Source of the DNA: a virus
Virus record (IMG/VR): IMGVR_UViG_3300030497_000005
Reading direction: 5' to 3' (one strand)
Length of the DNA stretch: 41,127 nucleotides
Made by a program: the position numbers and the translations under genes. Positions 1 to 9,659 of this stretch are shown here, one piece after another (positions within the stretch are counted from its first letter, which is position 1; every line of letters begins with the position of its first letter). Under the pieces are notes generated by a model. The model saw only the letters and a list, made by a program, of their open reading frames with translations, had not been told where the DNA came from and searched no databases.

Positions 1-127
1 TAGTGAATAAAATCTTGCATATTTCCAAGGAGAAAAGGGGGCCATTTTCAGTGGAGGATTTGATTAAAGAGTACAAATTAACATTAAAAAAAATTAGAAA
101 ACAGAAAGTGGAATTGAAAACAAGAAT
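1..127. repeat. terminal direct repeat, left copy (identical to 41001-41127)
   Basis: Read directly: tagtgaataaaatcttgcat...gaattgaaaacaagaat occurs at both ends. Confidence 0.98.
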
Positions 128-644
128 TCAGCATCTTAGTTCCTATTTACAGAGAAATGTAGATTCCGATGAAGCATTTAAGGAAATGGATGTCTTGAAA
201 GCAGAATGTAAAACCTATTCGGAAATCGAAGGGGACTTACAATTTGCCTTGGAGTGGATGATGAATGGAAAGATGCCAGGATTGATTCGAGGAATTGAAA
301 GAAGGTCTGTTTATCAAAATACCAAATTAATGGATCCTTTGGATATGCAGCGCTATTTTAGAAGCAATGAAAATCCTTATGAATGGGATAAAGAAGAAAA
401 GGAACATGTCATTACCTTAACAGATAAAGAAAAGATAGAAAAATTACTTTCTGTTTTAACAGATACAGAAAGAGAAGTCTTTTTGATGAAGAAAGGAAAT
501 GCTTTATCTCTAGATAAGATTGCTTATGAATGGGGAATTTCTAAACAAACTGTTTCCAAAACATTAAAAAGAGCAGAAGCAAAGATGGCTAAACATGTAG
601 AGAATCTAAAGGAGTTGGGACAATGGAATTTGTACAGCCTATAA
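3..644 (+). CDS. late-gene transcriptional activator, sigma-70 region-4-like (ArpU/RinA/Xpf type)
   Basis: C-terminal LTDTEREVFLMKKGNALSLDKIAYEWGISKQTVSKTLKRAEAKM looks like a sigma region 4 HTH. It sits directly upstream of the HNH/terminase block. The frame opens after a stop at 40967-40969 across the junction. Possible starts are GTG 3 or GTG 51 (SD AAGGGGG 34-40). Confidence 0.65.
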   Translation: MNKILHISKEKRGPFSVEDLIKEYKLTLKKIRKQKVELKTRIQHLSSYLQRNVDSDEAFKEMDVLKAECKTYSEIEGDLQFALEWMMNGKMPGLIRGIERRSVYQNTKLMDPLDMQRYFRSNENPYEWDKEEKEHVITLTDKEKIEKLLSVLTDTEREVFLMKKGNALSLDKIAYEWGISKQTVSKTLKRAEAKMAKHVENLKELGQWNLYSL

Positions 645-1165
645 GAGATCCAGAATTGTTGGAGGAATTAAAGAAGCATTTAAAACAGAAGAATGAAAGA
701 GATTATGTCATGTTTATGGTGGGGATTAATACGGGATTCCGTATTTCTGATATCTTGTTGCTGAAAGTAAAAGATGTTCGTGGAGACAGAATTAACATTA
801 GAGAAAAGAAGACAGGGAAACCAAAGAATGTGGTGATTCGTCCAGCATTAAAGAAAGTGCTCAGAAGCTATATTGCCAATAAGAAGCCACATGAGTATTT
901 ATTTAAAAGCAGGAAAGGAAGGAATAAGCATTTAAGAAGAGAGTCTGCTTATTGCATATTAAAGAAAGCAGCAATGGAAGTTGGTATTGATGAGTTTGGT
1001 TCACATTCCATGCGTAAAACCTTCGGTTTCATGTTCTACAATCAGACCAAGGATATAGTGGCTTTAAGAAAATTATTTAATCACAGAGATGATTCTACAA
1101 CATTAAGATATATCGGGATGGACCAAGATAGGCTAGATGCTTTGATGCTAAAAATAAACATTTAG
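623..1165 (+). CDS. small tyrosine recombinase, catalytic domain only (180 aa)
   Basis: All catalytic signature residues are visible: TGFRISD (Arg I), KTGK (Lys), HSMRKT (His-x-x-Arg), NHRD...LRYI (His, Tyr). No N-terminal core- or arm-binding domain. Confidence 0.8.
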   Translation: MEFVQPIRDPELLEELKKHLKQKNERDYVMFMVGINTGFRISDILLLKVKDVRGDRINIREKKTGKPKNVVIRPALKKVLRSYIANKKPHEYLFKSRKGRNKHLRRESAYCILKKAAMEVGIDEFGSHSMRKTFGFMFYNQTKDIVALRKLFNHRDDSTTLRYIGMDQDRLDALMLKINI

Positions 1166-1177
1166 CATCTTTTTTTC
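1144..1177 (+). terminator. rho-independent terminator after recombinase gene
   Basis: GATGCTAAA (1144-1152) pairs with TTTAGCATC (1161-1169), 8-nt loop, followed by a T8 run. Confidence 0.7.
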
Positions 1178-1418
1178 TGCCCTTTTCTCTTCGAGAAAAC
1201 AACTATTTGTACATATGAATCTTTTAAAAATGTACAGGTATATTATTCGATTAAAAATATTTTATAAAGCCTTATGTATCAAGGTCTCACGACCTTTCGG
1301 TGAATCGCTCAGAATTACAAGATAAGAAAGATTCGCAAGAATCATGTTGACCTTTGCCACCTAATAGTGAGAAGAACAAACGAACGGCAGAAGCTTTAGG
1401 AAAGGATGGATGATAAAG

Positions 1419-1565
1419 ATGGCTAAGAAATCAAAAGAGATTAAAGTTGTTTGTGAAGATTGCGGAGCAACACCACCAATTCACCACGAGAAAAGCAATA
1501 AGAACTGGACAGTATATGAAACTAAGTGTGATAAATGCGGTGGGAAAACTAAGTTTGTTTTCTAA
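1419..1565 (+). CDS. 48-aa zinc-ribbon protein (not in ORF track)
   Basis: MAKKSKEIKVVCEDCGATPPIHHEKSNKNWTVYETKCDKCGGKTKFVF has two CxxC pairs. Weak SD (GGAAAGGA) upstream; an in-frame ATG at 1410 is also possible. Confidence 0.45.
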   Translation: MAKKSKEIKVVCEDCGATPPIHHEKSNKNWTVYETKCDKCGGKTKFVF

Positions 1566-1780
1566 CTAATTCCATTTGTCCTAATGGTGTGACTAGGACA
1601 TTAAATATAACGGCACACCTGGGAAGATTCGTATGTTTGTTGGGAAGAGCTTAAAGAAGCAATCGGGGCGAATCGGTTTGTAGCATTGGTTAGCTGCAGA
1701 CATTTGTTATCTGTGAACTGGATATTACTTAAAGCATTAGTATCTGGCTTAGAGACAATAAAGAAAAGTTGGTGGTGAGT

Positions 1781-2098
1781 ATGGCTTACACAACAGAGTA
1801 TCTGATACAGCTGATAAGAGATGATAAGCTCATTAAGTTCTATAAGAGCAGAGCATGGAAGGACCTAAGAGCAGTAGCATTAAAGCGTGATAACAATGAG
1901 TGCCAGAACTGTAAGAGTAAAGGCAGGTATCATAAAGCAGAGTGTGTTCATCACATCAAAGAAGTAAAGCCTTATCCTCAGCTGGCTCTTACACTTGATA
2001 ATCTTATGAGCCTTTGCAATGCATGCCATAACCAAGTACATGATCGTATGGTGAAGAGAAGAGTACAACCTAAGTTTGTTAATGAGGAGCGATGGTGA
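1781..2098 (+). CDS. HNH endonuclease (terminase-associated type)
   Basis: CQNCKSKGRYHKAECVHHIKEV...NLMSLCNACHNQVH is a classical HNH/zinc motif. ATG 1781 is preceded by TGGTGG; the track start is TTG 1769. It lies next to the terminase genes, as in cos/HNH phages. Confidence 0.9.
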   Translation: MAYTTEYLIQLIRDDKLIKFYKSRAWKDLRAVALKRDNNECQNCKSKGRYHKAECVHHIKEVKPYPQLALTLDNLMSLCNACHNQVHDRMVKRRVQPKFVNEERW

Positions 2099-2359
2099 AT
2101 GAAGACTGATAATGAATTATATATTGATGACTTTAATTGTTGGTTGAAAGAAAGTGAAACAAGGTTAGAGAAATTAAAGAATGATATCGAGTACAGCAAT
2201 AAGACAATAGCCTTGCAGCATGAGAGCATCTCACTTACTAAGAAACAATATGAAATTCATGTTGAACGAATGAATTTAGCTATTAAAGATCATAACGATT
2301 GGGCGAGAGATAAAGGAATTGAAGAAACAAAATTATTCGAAAACGACCTTGAAATTTAA
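2099..2359 (+). CDS. hypothetical coiled-coil protein
   Basis: The ATG abuts the HNH stop (TGAATG). Charged helical sequence with no recognisable motif. Confidence 0.55.
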   Translation: MKTDNELYIDDFNCWLKESETRLEKLKNDIEYSNKTIALQHESISLTKKQYEIHVERMNLAIKDHNDWARDKGIEETKLFENDLEI

Positions 2360-2527
2360 ATACCCCCCCATCAAAACTTTTGCCATTTTATAAGGAAAGG
2401 TGACAACGGGTATAGTTTGCAGGAAAAAACATTTTTCCGATTTTTGCATGAGTAGGGGGGCAGAAAACTGCATACAGGTGCAACCTCCAAAAAAAGGTGG
2501 CGAATTTTTACTTCTCAATGGTAGGAG
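2360..2527. other. candidate cos / terminase recognition region
   Basis: 168-nt non-coding gap directly upstream of terS. It contains a C7 run (2363-2369) and a G6 run (2455-2460), which are unusual for this AT-rich genome, plus four TGCA-containing short repeats (2416-2485). Confidence 0.3.
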
Positions 2528-2536
2528 GTGTCCAAT

Positions 2537-3040
2537 TTGAACAGAGTCAAAAAGAAGCACGAATTCGCTAAAATCGACTATTTGAACGGAATGACCTATC
2601 GAGAAATTGCCATAAAATATGGTGTTGCTTTGAATACCGTCAAGAGCTGGAAATTACGTCATAATTGGTCGAAAGAAAGTGCAACCGAGGATGGTGCAGC
2701 ACACCAAATTGAGGACGAACAAAGTCGTTATCAAGAGAATCGGGAAATAATTTTAAACAGCTTAGTGGAACAGTTGATTGCCAATGATACCAACCAACCT
2801 CATTATCGAGATTTGGTCGAAGATTATATGGCACTTTGGGATATCAAAAACAAATTAATTGCTGACATTACCGAAAGAGGGGTAGCCGTTACTTGGGAGA
2901 ATGGTAGTCAATCTGGCAAGAAGAAAAATGACAGTGTTAATGAACTGAATAAAACCAATAAGCAAATGTTAACACTACTTGCCGCATTAGGATTGCAAGC
3001 TACTGATCTTGAGAGGGACGATTCGGATGCGGACGTGTAG
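2537..3040 (+). CDS. terS: terminase small subunit
   Basis: N-terminal HTH (MTYREIAIKYGVALNTVKSWKLRHNW) and position before terL. SD AGGAGGTG (2523-2530) followed 6 nt later by TTG 2537. The track start GTG 2528 lies inside the SD. Confidence 0.75.
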   Translation: MNRVKKKHEFAKIDYLNGMTYREIAIKYGVALNTVKSWKLRHNWSKESATEDGAAHQIEDEQSRYQENREIILNSLVEQLIANDTNQPHYRDLVEDYMALWDIKNKLIADITERGVAVTWENGSQSGKKKNDSVNELNKTNKQMLTLLAALGLQATDLERDDSDADV

Positions 3041-4673
3041 TTATCATCCTTACATTGATGAATACATGGATATGGTTGACCAAGAACTAATTGAAACATG
3101 CGAAGAACATAAAATGTTGATGCATTTTTTAAGATGGAAACTAGACCAACCTAATGTAATTATCGATGCAGAAGCAATTGAAAAATCTATAACAGTGCCT
3201 GAGCCATACTTCCCCTTTAAGCTATTTCCATGGCAAAAATTTGTGAATGCTTTTATCTATGGTGTTCGTTACACAAATGGACAATTGGTATTTAACCGAT
3301 TTTTATTAGAACTAGGTCGTGGAGCAGGAAAGAATGGCTGGATATCATATAACGCTTTTCATATGATGTCCAAACATCATGGAGTAAAAAACTACGATAT
3401 TGATATAGTAGCTACTTCTGAAGGACAGGCTAAAACTTCTTTCGAGGATGTTTACAATGTAATTGATGATCCCAAGAACAATAAAACATTGAAAAAATCC
3501 TTTAAGCATACCAAGGTTTTAATACAACACAAAGTAACGAAATCAAAACTTGAGTTCAACACTTCTAATGCCAGAACAAAAGATGGTAAGCGGAGTGGGG
3601 TAGTAATTTTTGATGAGGTCCACGAATACGAAGATTACTCCAACATTAAAGTATTTACTTCTGGTTTAGGTAAAAAGAAAGATCCCCGAACTTTTTATAT
3701 CACAACAAATGGAAATATAAGGGGTGGGGTTTTAGATGATTTGAAGGAAGAAGCAAGGATGGTTCTTGCAAGAGAATTTCCTGAAAGCACATTGTTCCCA
3801 TTCATTTGTAAGTTAGACCATGAAGATGAAGTGGATAATATGGAGTTATGGGAGAAGGCAAATCCTTCTTTCCGATATAACCAGAACTTACAACACGAAA
3901 TGAAGCAAGAATATCATCTCATGAAGAAGAACAGTGCTCTGCGAATGGAGTTCATGACAAAAAGAATGAACTTACCGCAAGAGGATGTAAGAAAAGAAGT
4001 AGCAACATATAAAGACCGTTTGGCTACAGAACAACCAATTCCAAAACTACAAAACTTTGAAGCTATTGGCGGATTAGACTTTGCTCAAATCCGTGACTTT
4101 TGCTCTTGTGGTTTGTTATTAAAAGCAGACGGTAAAAGATATTGGTTACAACATACCTTTATGCATCATACTGCTCCAAAAACACAGGATATTAACGAAG
4201 ATATTATTAACTTAGCAATAAAAAAGAAACTTCTTACAGTAGTACACGATAAAACAATTAGTGCTGAACATGTTGTTAATTGGTTTGTTAAAGAAGCGAA
4301 AAAGTATCGCATCAAAAAAGTGTGTATGGATTTACATCGTTCCTCCATCTTAAAACCTGCCTTTGAAGAGGCTGGATTTGAAGTTGAGGTAGTTCGAAGA
4401 GGTATTGTAACTCACAGTTTATTATCACCATTGATTGACGAAATGTTTGTTAATAGAGAAATAGTATTTGGTGATGATCCATTGATGAGATGGTATGTAG
4501 GAAATGTTTATAAAGAAGAAAAGATGAATGGAAACATTGAATACAAAAAGATAGATGCAGAGAAGCGAAAGACTGACGGTTTTTTCGCTCTTACCCATGC
4601 CCTGAATTTCGATTCTGAGCTTACAGAGTATACACCAATTAAAGCAGGAGCATTTAAAGTGAAAACTTTCTAG
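3027..4673 (+). CDS. terL: terminase large subunit
   Basis: Walker A-like GRGAGKNG and Walker B VVIFDEVHEY; size about 550 aa. SD GAGAGGGA followed 8 nt later by ATG 3027, overlapping the terS end (track start 3009). Confidence 0.9.
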   Translation: MRTCSYHPYIDEYMDMVDQELIETCEEHKMLMHFLRWKLDQPNVIIDAEAIEKSITVPEPYFPFKLFPWQKFVNAFIYGVRYTNGQLVFNRFLLELGRGAGKNGWISYNAFHMMSKHHGVKNYDIDIVATSEGQAKTSFEDVYNVIDDPKNNKTLKKSFKHTKVLIQHKVTKSKLEFNTSNARTKDGKRSGVVIFDEVHEYEDYSNIKVFTSGLGKKKDPRTFYITTNGNIRGGVLDDLKEEARMVLAREFPESTLFPFICKLDHEDEVDNMELWEKANPSFRYNQNLQHEMKQEYHLMKKNSALRMEFMTKRMNLPQEDVRKEVATYKDRLATEQPIPKLQNFEAIGGLDFAQIRDFCSCGLLLKADGKRYWLQHTFMHHTAPKTQDINEDIINLAIKKKLLTVVHDKTISAEHVVNWFVKEAKKYRIKKVCMDLHRSSILKPAFEEAGFEVEVVRRGIVTHSLLSPLIDEMFVNREIVFGDDPLMRWYVGNVYKEEKMNGNIEYKKIDAEKRKTDGFFALTHALNFDSELTEYTPIKAGAFKVKTF

Positions 4674-4688
4674 GAAGGTGGTGAGATT

Positions 4689-5861
4689 ATGGGGTTTATA
4701 GACTGGTGTTTAGGCCTTTTTAGAAGTGATGACGGAACTGTTAATCTTAAAGATTACCATTATGAATTAAGCGTTAAAGCTTATGCGAAAAAGCTGGCTA
4801 TTGAAACATGTATAGATATTATTGCAAAGACTTTAGTTCGTTGTGAATTTCAAACATTTGAAAAAGGAAAAGAAACAATCGGCAATAATTATTATTTGTT
4901 AAATGTTTCTCCTAATGACAATCAGAATGCCAGTGAGTTCATTCACTCCTTGGTAAACAAACTCATTAAGAATAATGAATGTTTAGTCATAATGCAAAGT
5001 GATCAATTATTTGTAGCAGATGCTTTTACCAGAACAGAATATGCTTTAAAAGAAAATGAGTATACAAATGTAACAGTTAAAACTTTGAGCTTTAATAAAG
5101 TGTTTTTCGAAAGTGATGTTTTGTATTTCAAGTTAAACGATTCCAATATTATGAGCGTTATCAATGAGCTTCATGAGGATTACGGAAAGATATTAGATTC
5201 CGCAATTAAAATCTATAAACGTTCTAACGCAAAAAGAGTGATAGTTGAAGGGGATTTCTTAAGGCCACAATCGGATGAACATCAAGCTGCTATTGATGAG
5301 ATGTTTAACACTCAATTCAAAAGCTGGTTCGAAGCTGATAATGCTGGAGCGGTTTTTCAATTACAAAAGGATTATAAATTAACAGATGTAAGTGGAAATG
5401 GGAAAAGTGGAACCCCCACAACAAACAGCCGAGATATTAGGGCGGTAATGGAAGATATTTTTGATTTTATCGCAATGGCTTTTCATGTACCAAGAGGTAT
5501 GTTGAAAGGTGATTTAGCAGACGTTGATAAGCAGACAGACAACTTTTTAATGTTTGGCATTTTGCCATTAATTGAATTAATTACAGATGAGTTCAATCGA
5601 AAAATGTACAAAAAGGAAAGTTTTTTAGATAGAACATATCTGAAAATGGATTCATCCAAGATAAAGATTCTTGACATTGTAAACTTAGCAACTGCAGCAG
5701 ATAAGTTCTTTGCTATAGGAGTTAACAATATTGATGATAACTTACGAATGTTAGGAAGGGAGCCTTTGAATGAAGACTATTCACAGAAAAGATATGTTAC
5801 TAAAAACTATGAATCTGTTGATGCCATTGGCAAGGAGTCGAAGGGAGGTGAAGGGATATGA
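4689..5861 (+). CDS. portal protein (HK97-type)
   Basis: 390 aa, positioned between terL and the prohead protease. Its end overlaps the protease start by 4 nt. Confidence 0.8.
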   Translation: MGFIDWCLGLFRSDDGTVNLKDYHYELSVKAYAKKLAIETCIDIIAKTLVRCEFQTFEKGKETIGNNYYLLNVSPNDNQNASEFIHSLVNKLIKNNECLVIMQSDQLFVADAFTRTEYALKENEYTNVTVKTLSFNKVFFESDVLYFKLNDSNIMSVINELHEDYGKILDSAIKIYKRSNAKRVIVEGDFLRPQSDEHQAAIDEMFNTQFKSWFEADNAGAVFQLQKDYKLTDVSGNGKSGTPTTNSRDIRAVMEDIFDFIAMAFHVPRGMLKGDLADVDKQTDNFLMFGILPLIELITDEFNRKMYKKESFLDRTYLKMDSSKIKILDIVNLATAADKFFAIGVNNIDDNLRMLGREPLNEDYSQKRYVTKNYESVDAIGKESKGGEGI

Positions 5862-6589
5862 AAATAAGACGTTACAAAAATGAGCAATTCAATAAGCTGG
5901 CTGAAATTACACCGCAGTTTAAAGCAGAAACAAAAGAGGATGTTTCTAAATTAACTATATATGGAGATATCGGTCAATCATGGTGGGGAGATTCTATTTC
6001 AGCCAGTCAGATTGAGCGCGCATTAAAGGACATTAGTTCCGATACCATTCATGTTCATTTAAACAGTGGTGGTGGTGATGTATTCGATGGTATAGCTATC
6101 TATAACCAATTGAAAAATCACAGTGCTAAAATTGTAATTCACGTTGAAGGGTTGGCTGCCAGTGCAGCATCTTTAATATTATGTGCTGCTGATGAAGCTA
6201 TCGTTTATACAGGGGCAATGGTTATGATTCATGAAGCTTCTACTGGAGTATGGGGAACAAAGGCCGATATCAAGAAAACATTAAATGCATTGGAAGGTAT
6301 AGATAAATCCATCGCTGATATCTATATGACTAAGTTCCAAGGAGAACGTGACGATGTTGTAAAAATGATTGAAAATGAAACTTGGTTTACAGCAGGTGAA
6401 GCAGTTGATTTCGGTTTAGCTGACCAAGTCGATGAGACTCAAGTAACTACAACCGAAGAAGATCCAGAGGATTTTAAAAATAGCGTACTTGAAAAAATCC
6501 GAAACAGAAACAGTGACAATAACAATACTCAATTACCTAAACCAAACAATGGCATATTAAATAAATTCAAACGCGTATCAGGTGAATAG
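5858..6589 (+). CDS. ClpP-like prohead maturation protease
   Basis: NSGGGDVFDGIAIYNQL, GLAASAASLILCAAD (Ser) and MIHEAS (His) match the ClpP/S14 signature. Confidence 0.9.
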   Translation: MKIRRYKNEQFNKLAEITPQFKAETKEDVSKLTIYGDIGQSWWGDSISASQIERALKDISSDTIHVHLNSGGGDVFDGIAIYNQLKNHSAKIVIHVEGLAASAASLILCAADEAIVYTGAMVMIHEASTGVWGTKADIKKTLNALEGIDKSIADIYMTKFQGERDDVVKMIENETWFTAGEAVDFGLADQVDETQVTTTEEDPEDFKNSVLEKIRNRNSDNNNTQLPKPNNGILNKFKRVSGE

Positions 6590-6624
6590 GCGTTTTTTCT
6601 ATGCTCAAAAATAGGAGGATTCTA

Positions 6625-7848
6625 ATGAAACAAACTTATAAAAATCATACAAACTCTTTTCTAAAACTTAATTTACAACTTTTTGGCGGTATTAAGAATT
6701 TAGATAACAATAAACCTGTTATCCAAAATAAGGATGCACAGATAGCTGCTATGCAAGCTGCCTTTGAAGAAGGCGATGCGAAAATTGTTGCTGAAAAGCT
6801 GCTGGAAAACTTTGAAACCAATTTTGTTCACTTCCAAGGGATGGTTGAAGATGTAGTAAAAGATGCGAAAAGAGCAAAAGAAGAAAATTGGGATGCAAGT
6901 GTACTAGCAACTCGCGGTGTACGAGTTTTAACTAGTGAAGAAAAGAAATTCTACAACCAAGTAATTGAAGTGCAGTCATTCAGCGAAGTGCAAAAACTGA
7001 TGCCGCCAACTGTGTTCGAAAGAGTATTCGAAGACCTTACTATTGAACATCCTTTGTTGTCTAAAGTTAATTTCCAAACAACAGGAGCAACTACAGCTTG
7101 GGTACTTCGTAAGCCAGGGGCAACTACAGCGTTTTGGGGAGATGTAACATCTGCCATTCAACAAATGGTGGACGAAGGATTCTATACTGTTGAGCAAGGT
7201 ATGTTCAAACTTAGCGGATTCTTAGTTGTATCTAAAGCTATGTTTGAACTTGGACCTGAATGGTTAGACCGTTATGTCCGCACATTCTTGCAAGAGGTTA
7301 TTTCGGCAGAGCTAGAAGAGGTTATTGTTGTAGGTACAGGTAATAAACAACCAATCGGAATGATTCGCGACCTTGAAGGTGCTGTTGTAGGTGGTGTTTA
7401 TCCTGAGAAAACAAAAATTGAAATGACAGACTTCACACCAAAAGAAATTGGAGAAAAGATTCTTGCTCCAACTACTAAAAACGGTACTCGCCGTTATACA
7501 GGTGTAACGATTATTATCAACCCACTTGATTATGCAACTAAGCTCTTCCCATTAGGAACGAAGCGGAAAGATGATGGAACTTGGACTTATGATAATTTCT
7601 CTGTACCGGGCTTAGAAATTATTCAATCACCTTCTGTTCCTTTAAATACAATGATCACTGGGAAACCAAAAGATTACTTTATGGGTGTAGCAAGTGAACA
7701 AAAAATCGAAACAACAGATGTATTGCGTATGATTGAAGACCAACGCTTATACCTTGTGCGCCAACTTGCAAACGGTCGTCCACTTGATGCTGATTCATTT
7801 ACAGTATTTGATATTACAAATCTAGGTGACACTACACCAACACCTTAA
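6625..7848 (+). CDS. major capsid protein (HK97 fold family)
   Basis: About 407 aa, follows the protease, with an N-terminal helical delta-like region. SD AGGAGG (6613-6618) followed 6 nt later by ATG 6625 (track start 6601). Confidence 0.85.
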   Translation: MKQTYKNHTNSFLKLNLQLFGGIKNLDNNKPVIQNKDAQIAAMQAAFEEGDAKIVAEKLLENFETNFVHFQGMVEDVVKDAKRAKEENWDASVLATRGVRVLTSEEKKFYNQVIEVQSFSEVQKLMPPTVFERVFEDLTIEHPLLSKVNFQTTGATTAWVLRKPGATTAFWGDVTSAIQQMVDEGFYTVEQGMFKLSGFLVVSKAMFELGPEWLDRYVRTFLQEVISAELEEVIVVGTGNKQPIGMIRDLEGAVVGGVYPEKTKIEMTDFTPKEIGEKILAPTTKNGTRRYTGVTIIINPLDYATKLFPLGTKRKDDGTWTYDNFSVPGLEIIQSPSVPLNTMITGKPKDYFMGVASEQKIETTDVLRMIEDQRLYLVRQLANGRPLDADSFTVFDITNLGDTTPTP

Positions 7849-7868
7849 AATAAAGGAGGAACACATAC

Positions 7869-8180
7869 ATGCCCTACAAAGTATTAAATGATTTTATAGA
7901 AAATGAACACAAAGGATTAAAGTATCAAAAAGGGGAACTGTATCCAAAGACAGGATTTGAAGCAGATCCCGAAAGAGTCGCATTTTTACAAGAAGATCAT
8001 GAGAAGTACAAAAAGCGGTTTTTAGGACTTGTAATTGAAACAGAAGAAAGTGAGATAGAGCAGGAACCAGAAAAACTTGCTAATGATGATGAAGTAGACA
8101 GCAAACAAGAAGCAGCAGCTGCAGAAGAAGAAACGAAGCCTAAATCTAAAACAAAAACAAAACCTAAAGCCACTGAATAA
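7869..8180 (+). CDS. hypothetical protein with acidic/Lys-rich tail (head-associated by position)
   Basis: Good SD AGGAGG. C-terminal low-complexity EEETKPKSKTKTKPK. Confidence 0.6.
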   Translation: MPYKVLNDFIENEHKGLKYQKGELYPKTGFEADPERVAFLQEDHEKYKKRFLGLVIETEESEIEQEPEKLANDDEVDSKQEAAAAEEETKPKSKTKTKPKATE

Positions 8181-8192
8181 GAGGGTGGTTAA

Positions 8193-8516
8193 ATGACTGA
8201 GCAAATTTTAGCTTCTTTGTTGGAAGAAGTGAAAAGTAATTTGCAGATTACTTGGGATGATGAAGAGACGAACAAAAGCCTGCAAGGTATTATAAAAAGA
8301 GCAGAGGCGTACTTGTTGAATTTAACGAGTGCGCCTTCTTTTGATTTTTCTAAAGATGATGATCCTAAATCCTTATTGTTAGAGCGTTGCAGGTATGTGT
8401 ATAACAATTCAGCTGATGAATTTGAAACTAATTATCAATCTGAACTAAATCGATTAATCCTAAGAGTTGCTTTGGATATACGAAAGACAGAGGTAAAAAC
8501 CGATGGACAGATATAG
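8193..8516 (+). CDS. head-tail connector (gp6-like) protein
   Basis: Position and size (107 aa) in the HK97-like head-tail joining block; SD GAGGGTGG. Confidence 0.55.
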   Translation: MTEQILASLLEEVKSNLQITWDDEETNKSLQGIIKRAEAYLLNLTSAPSFDFSKDDDPKSLLLERCRYVYNNSADEFETNYQSELNRLILRVALDIRKTEVKTDGQI

Positions 8517-8853
8517 AGAAAAATTTACGGATGGATTTTTAACCTTCGGTCATAAAAAAACAATAAGATCAGATACAAAAAAGGTAATTGGAACAGAGTT
8601 TTTTCCAGAAGGAAAGTTGGCATTTAAAGAAATGTCTGCAAGGGAAAGTGATTACTCTTTAGCAGATGTACAAAGTGCCAAGTTAGATAAAAAGGTAAAA
8701 ACTCTATATCCTCCTAGTTTTCGTAAAATCAACAAAAGCAAATTAAAGATTATGATTGAAAACACAGAATATGACGTAATTAATGTAGATTCAGACAGCA
8801 CCAAAAGCTATCTGTTTTTTTATTTACAGGAAGTAGGTGTTAGCGGTGAATGA
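8503..8853 (+). CDS. head-tail adaptor / head closure protein
   Basis: Position and size (116 aa); overlaps its neighbours in the operon. Confidence 0.5.
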   Translation: MDRYREKFTDGFLTFGHKKTIRSDTKKVIGTEFFPEGKLAFKEMSARESDYSLADVQSAKLDKKVKTLYPPSFRKINKSKLKIMIENTEYDVINVDSDSTKSYLFFYLQEVGVSGE

Positions 8854-9244
8854 AAAAGCAAAAGCATATCTCCAAAAACAAAATAAAAATCTAGTTGATG
8901 CACTAACAAATAATTTCTCTGTTGAGGTTTATCAAGATGAAATGGCCGAGGATGAGGAACCAGCAATTTATCATTTCTTCATATATGAGTTAGGGGATAT
9001 ACAAGCTTCTACAGCAAACAAAGGATTAACCTTAAGTCAGGATGTATTCGTTCACTACATTTCAGAAAATCGAAATGACCTTGATGATATCACATTAGAT
9101 GTTATTACATCACTAAGTAAAGAAAAACTTACATTTGTAAAAACAGCTAAAGGGAGACATCAAAAAGGGAATACCGATGCTTATGTAGATCGTGTCAGTT
9201 TCTCTTTTAGGAGGATGATAAACCTTGGCATCTGTACGGTTTAG
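8846..9244 (+). CDS. tail-completion / neck protein
   Basis: Position. SD TAGGTG followed 6 nt later by GTG 8846 (track start GTG 8837). Confidence 0.5.
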   Translation: MNEKAKAYLQKQNKNLVDALTNNFSVEVYQDEMAEDEEPAIYHFFIYELGDIQASTANKGLTLSQDVFVHYISENRNDLDDITLDVITSLSKEKLTFVKTAKGRHQKGNTDAYVDRVSFSFRRMINLGICTV

Positions 9245-9659
9245 TATTGATTATGGAGATTTTGAAGAGCTTGAAAGTAATTTAGCTCAAATACCTAGTA
9301 AATCAGAGCAAATAATGAATGACTTTTTTCATAATGAAGCTATTGATATGGCTACTGTAGAAATAACAAAACTTCTTCCTGTTTCAAAGGGAAAGAAGTC
9401 TCAAAGGAATAAGAAACACGCTAAGAACAGTGATTGGTCAACCAATCAAAAATTAAATCTTGGATTTGTAATTAAATCTAAGGGTGGAGCAGCTAATAAA
9501 AAGGGTTCATTTGGATATTTAGTTTTTCCAGACCAAGGACGAGGTTCTCACAATCCAGTTAAACAAAGCTTTATGTTAGATGGCCTTAATAATTCCATCA
9601 ATAACATTGTAGAAAAACTGAATTTAAAATTAATTGAAGCTATAAGGGAGGAATTATAG
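9225..9659 (+). CDS. HK97 gp10-like tail component / tail terminator
   Basis: Position immediately before the major tail gene; TTG start after AGGAGG. Confidence 0.5.
   Translation: MASVRFSIDYGDFEELESNLAQIPSKSEQIMNDFFHNEAIDMATVEITKLLPVSKGKKSQRNKKHAKNSDWSTNQKLNLGFVIKSKGGAANKKGSFGYLVFPDQGRGSHNPVKQSFMLDGLNNSINNIVEKLNLKLIEAIREEL

Noticed and set aside
1-127. Terminal 127-nt repeat as a genuine phage direct terminal repeat or LTR
   Set aside because: Exact identity at the very ends of the contig is what an assembler produces for a circular or permuted molecule. The repeat cuts through the 5' end of an ORF and carries no packaging-like features. It cannot be distinguished from a real DTR without read-end data.
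623-1165. Recombinase as the lysogeny integrase with a nearby attP
   Set aside because: It is too small and lacks an arm-binding domain, no arm-type repeats were seen, and plasmid rep/par genes provide an alternative maintenance mode.
2333-2560. Minus-strand 75-aa ORF spanning the terS upstream gap
   Set aside because: It crosses the homopolymer-rich non-coding region and the terS SD, has no SD of its own and is antisense to the operon.
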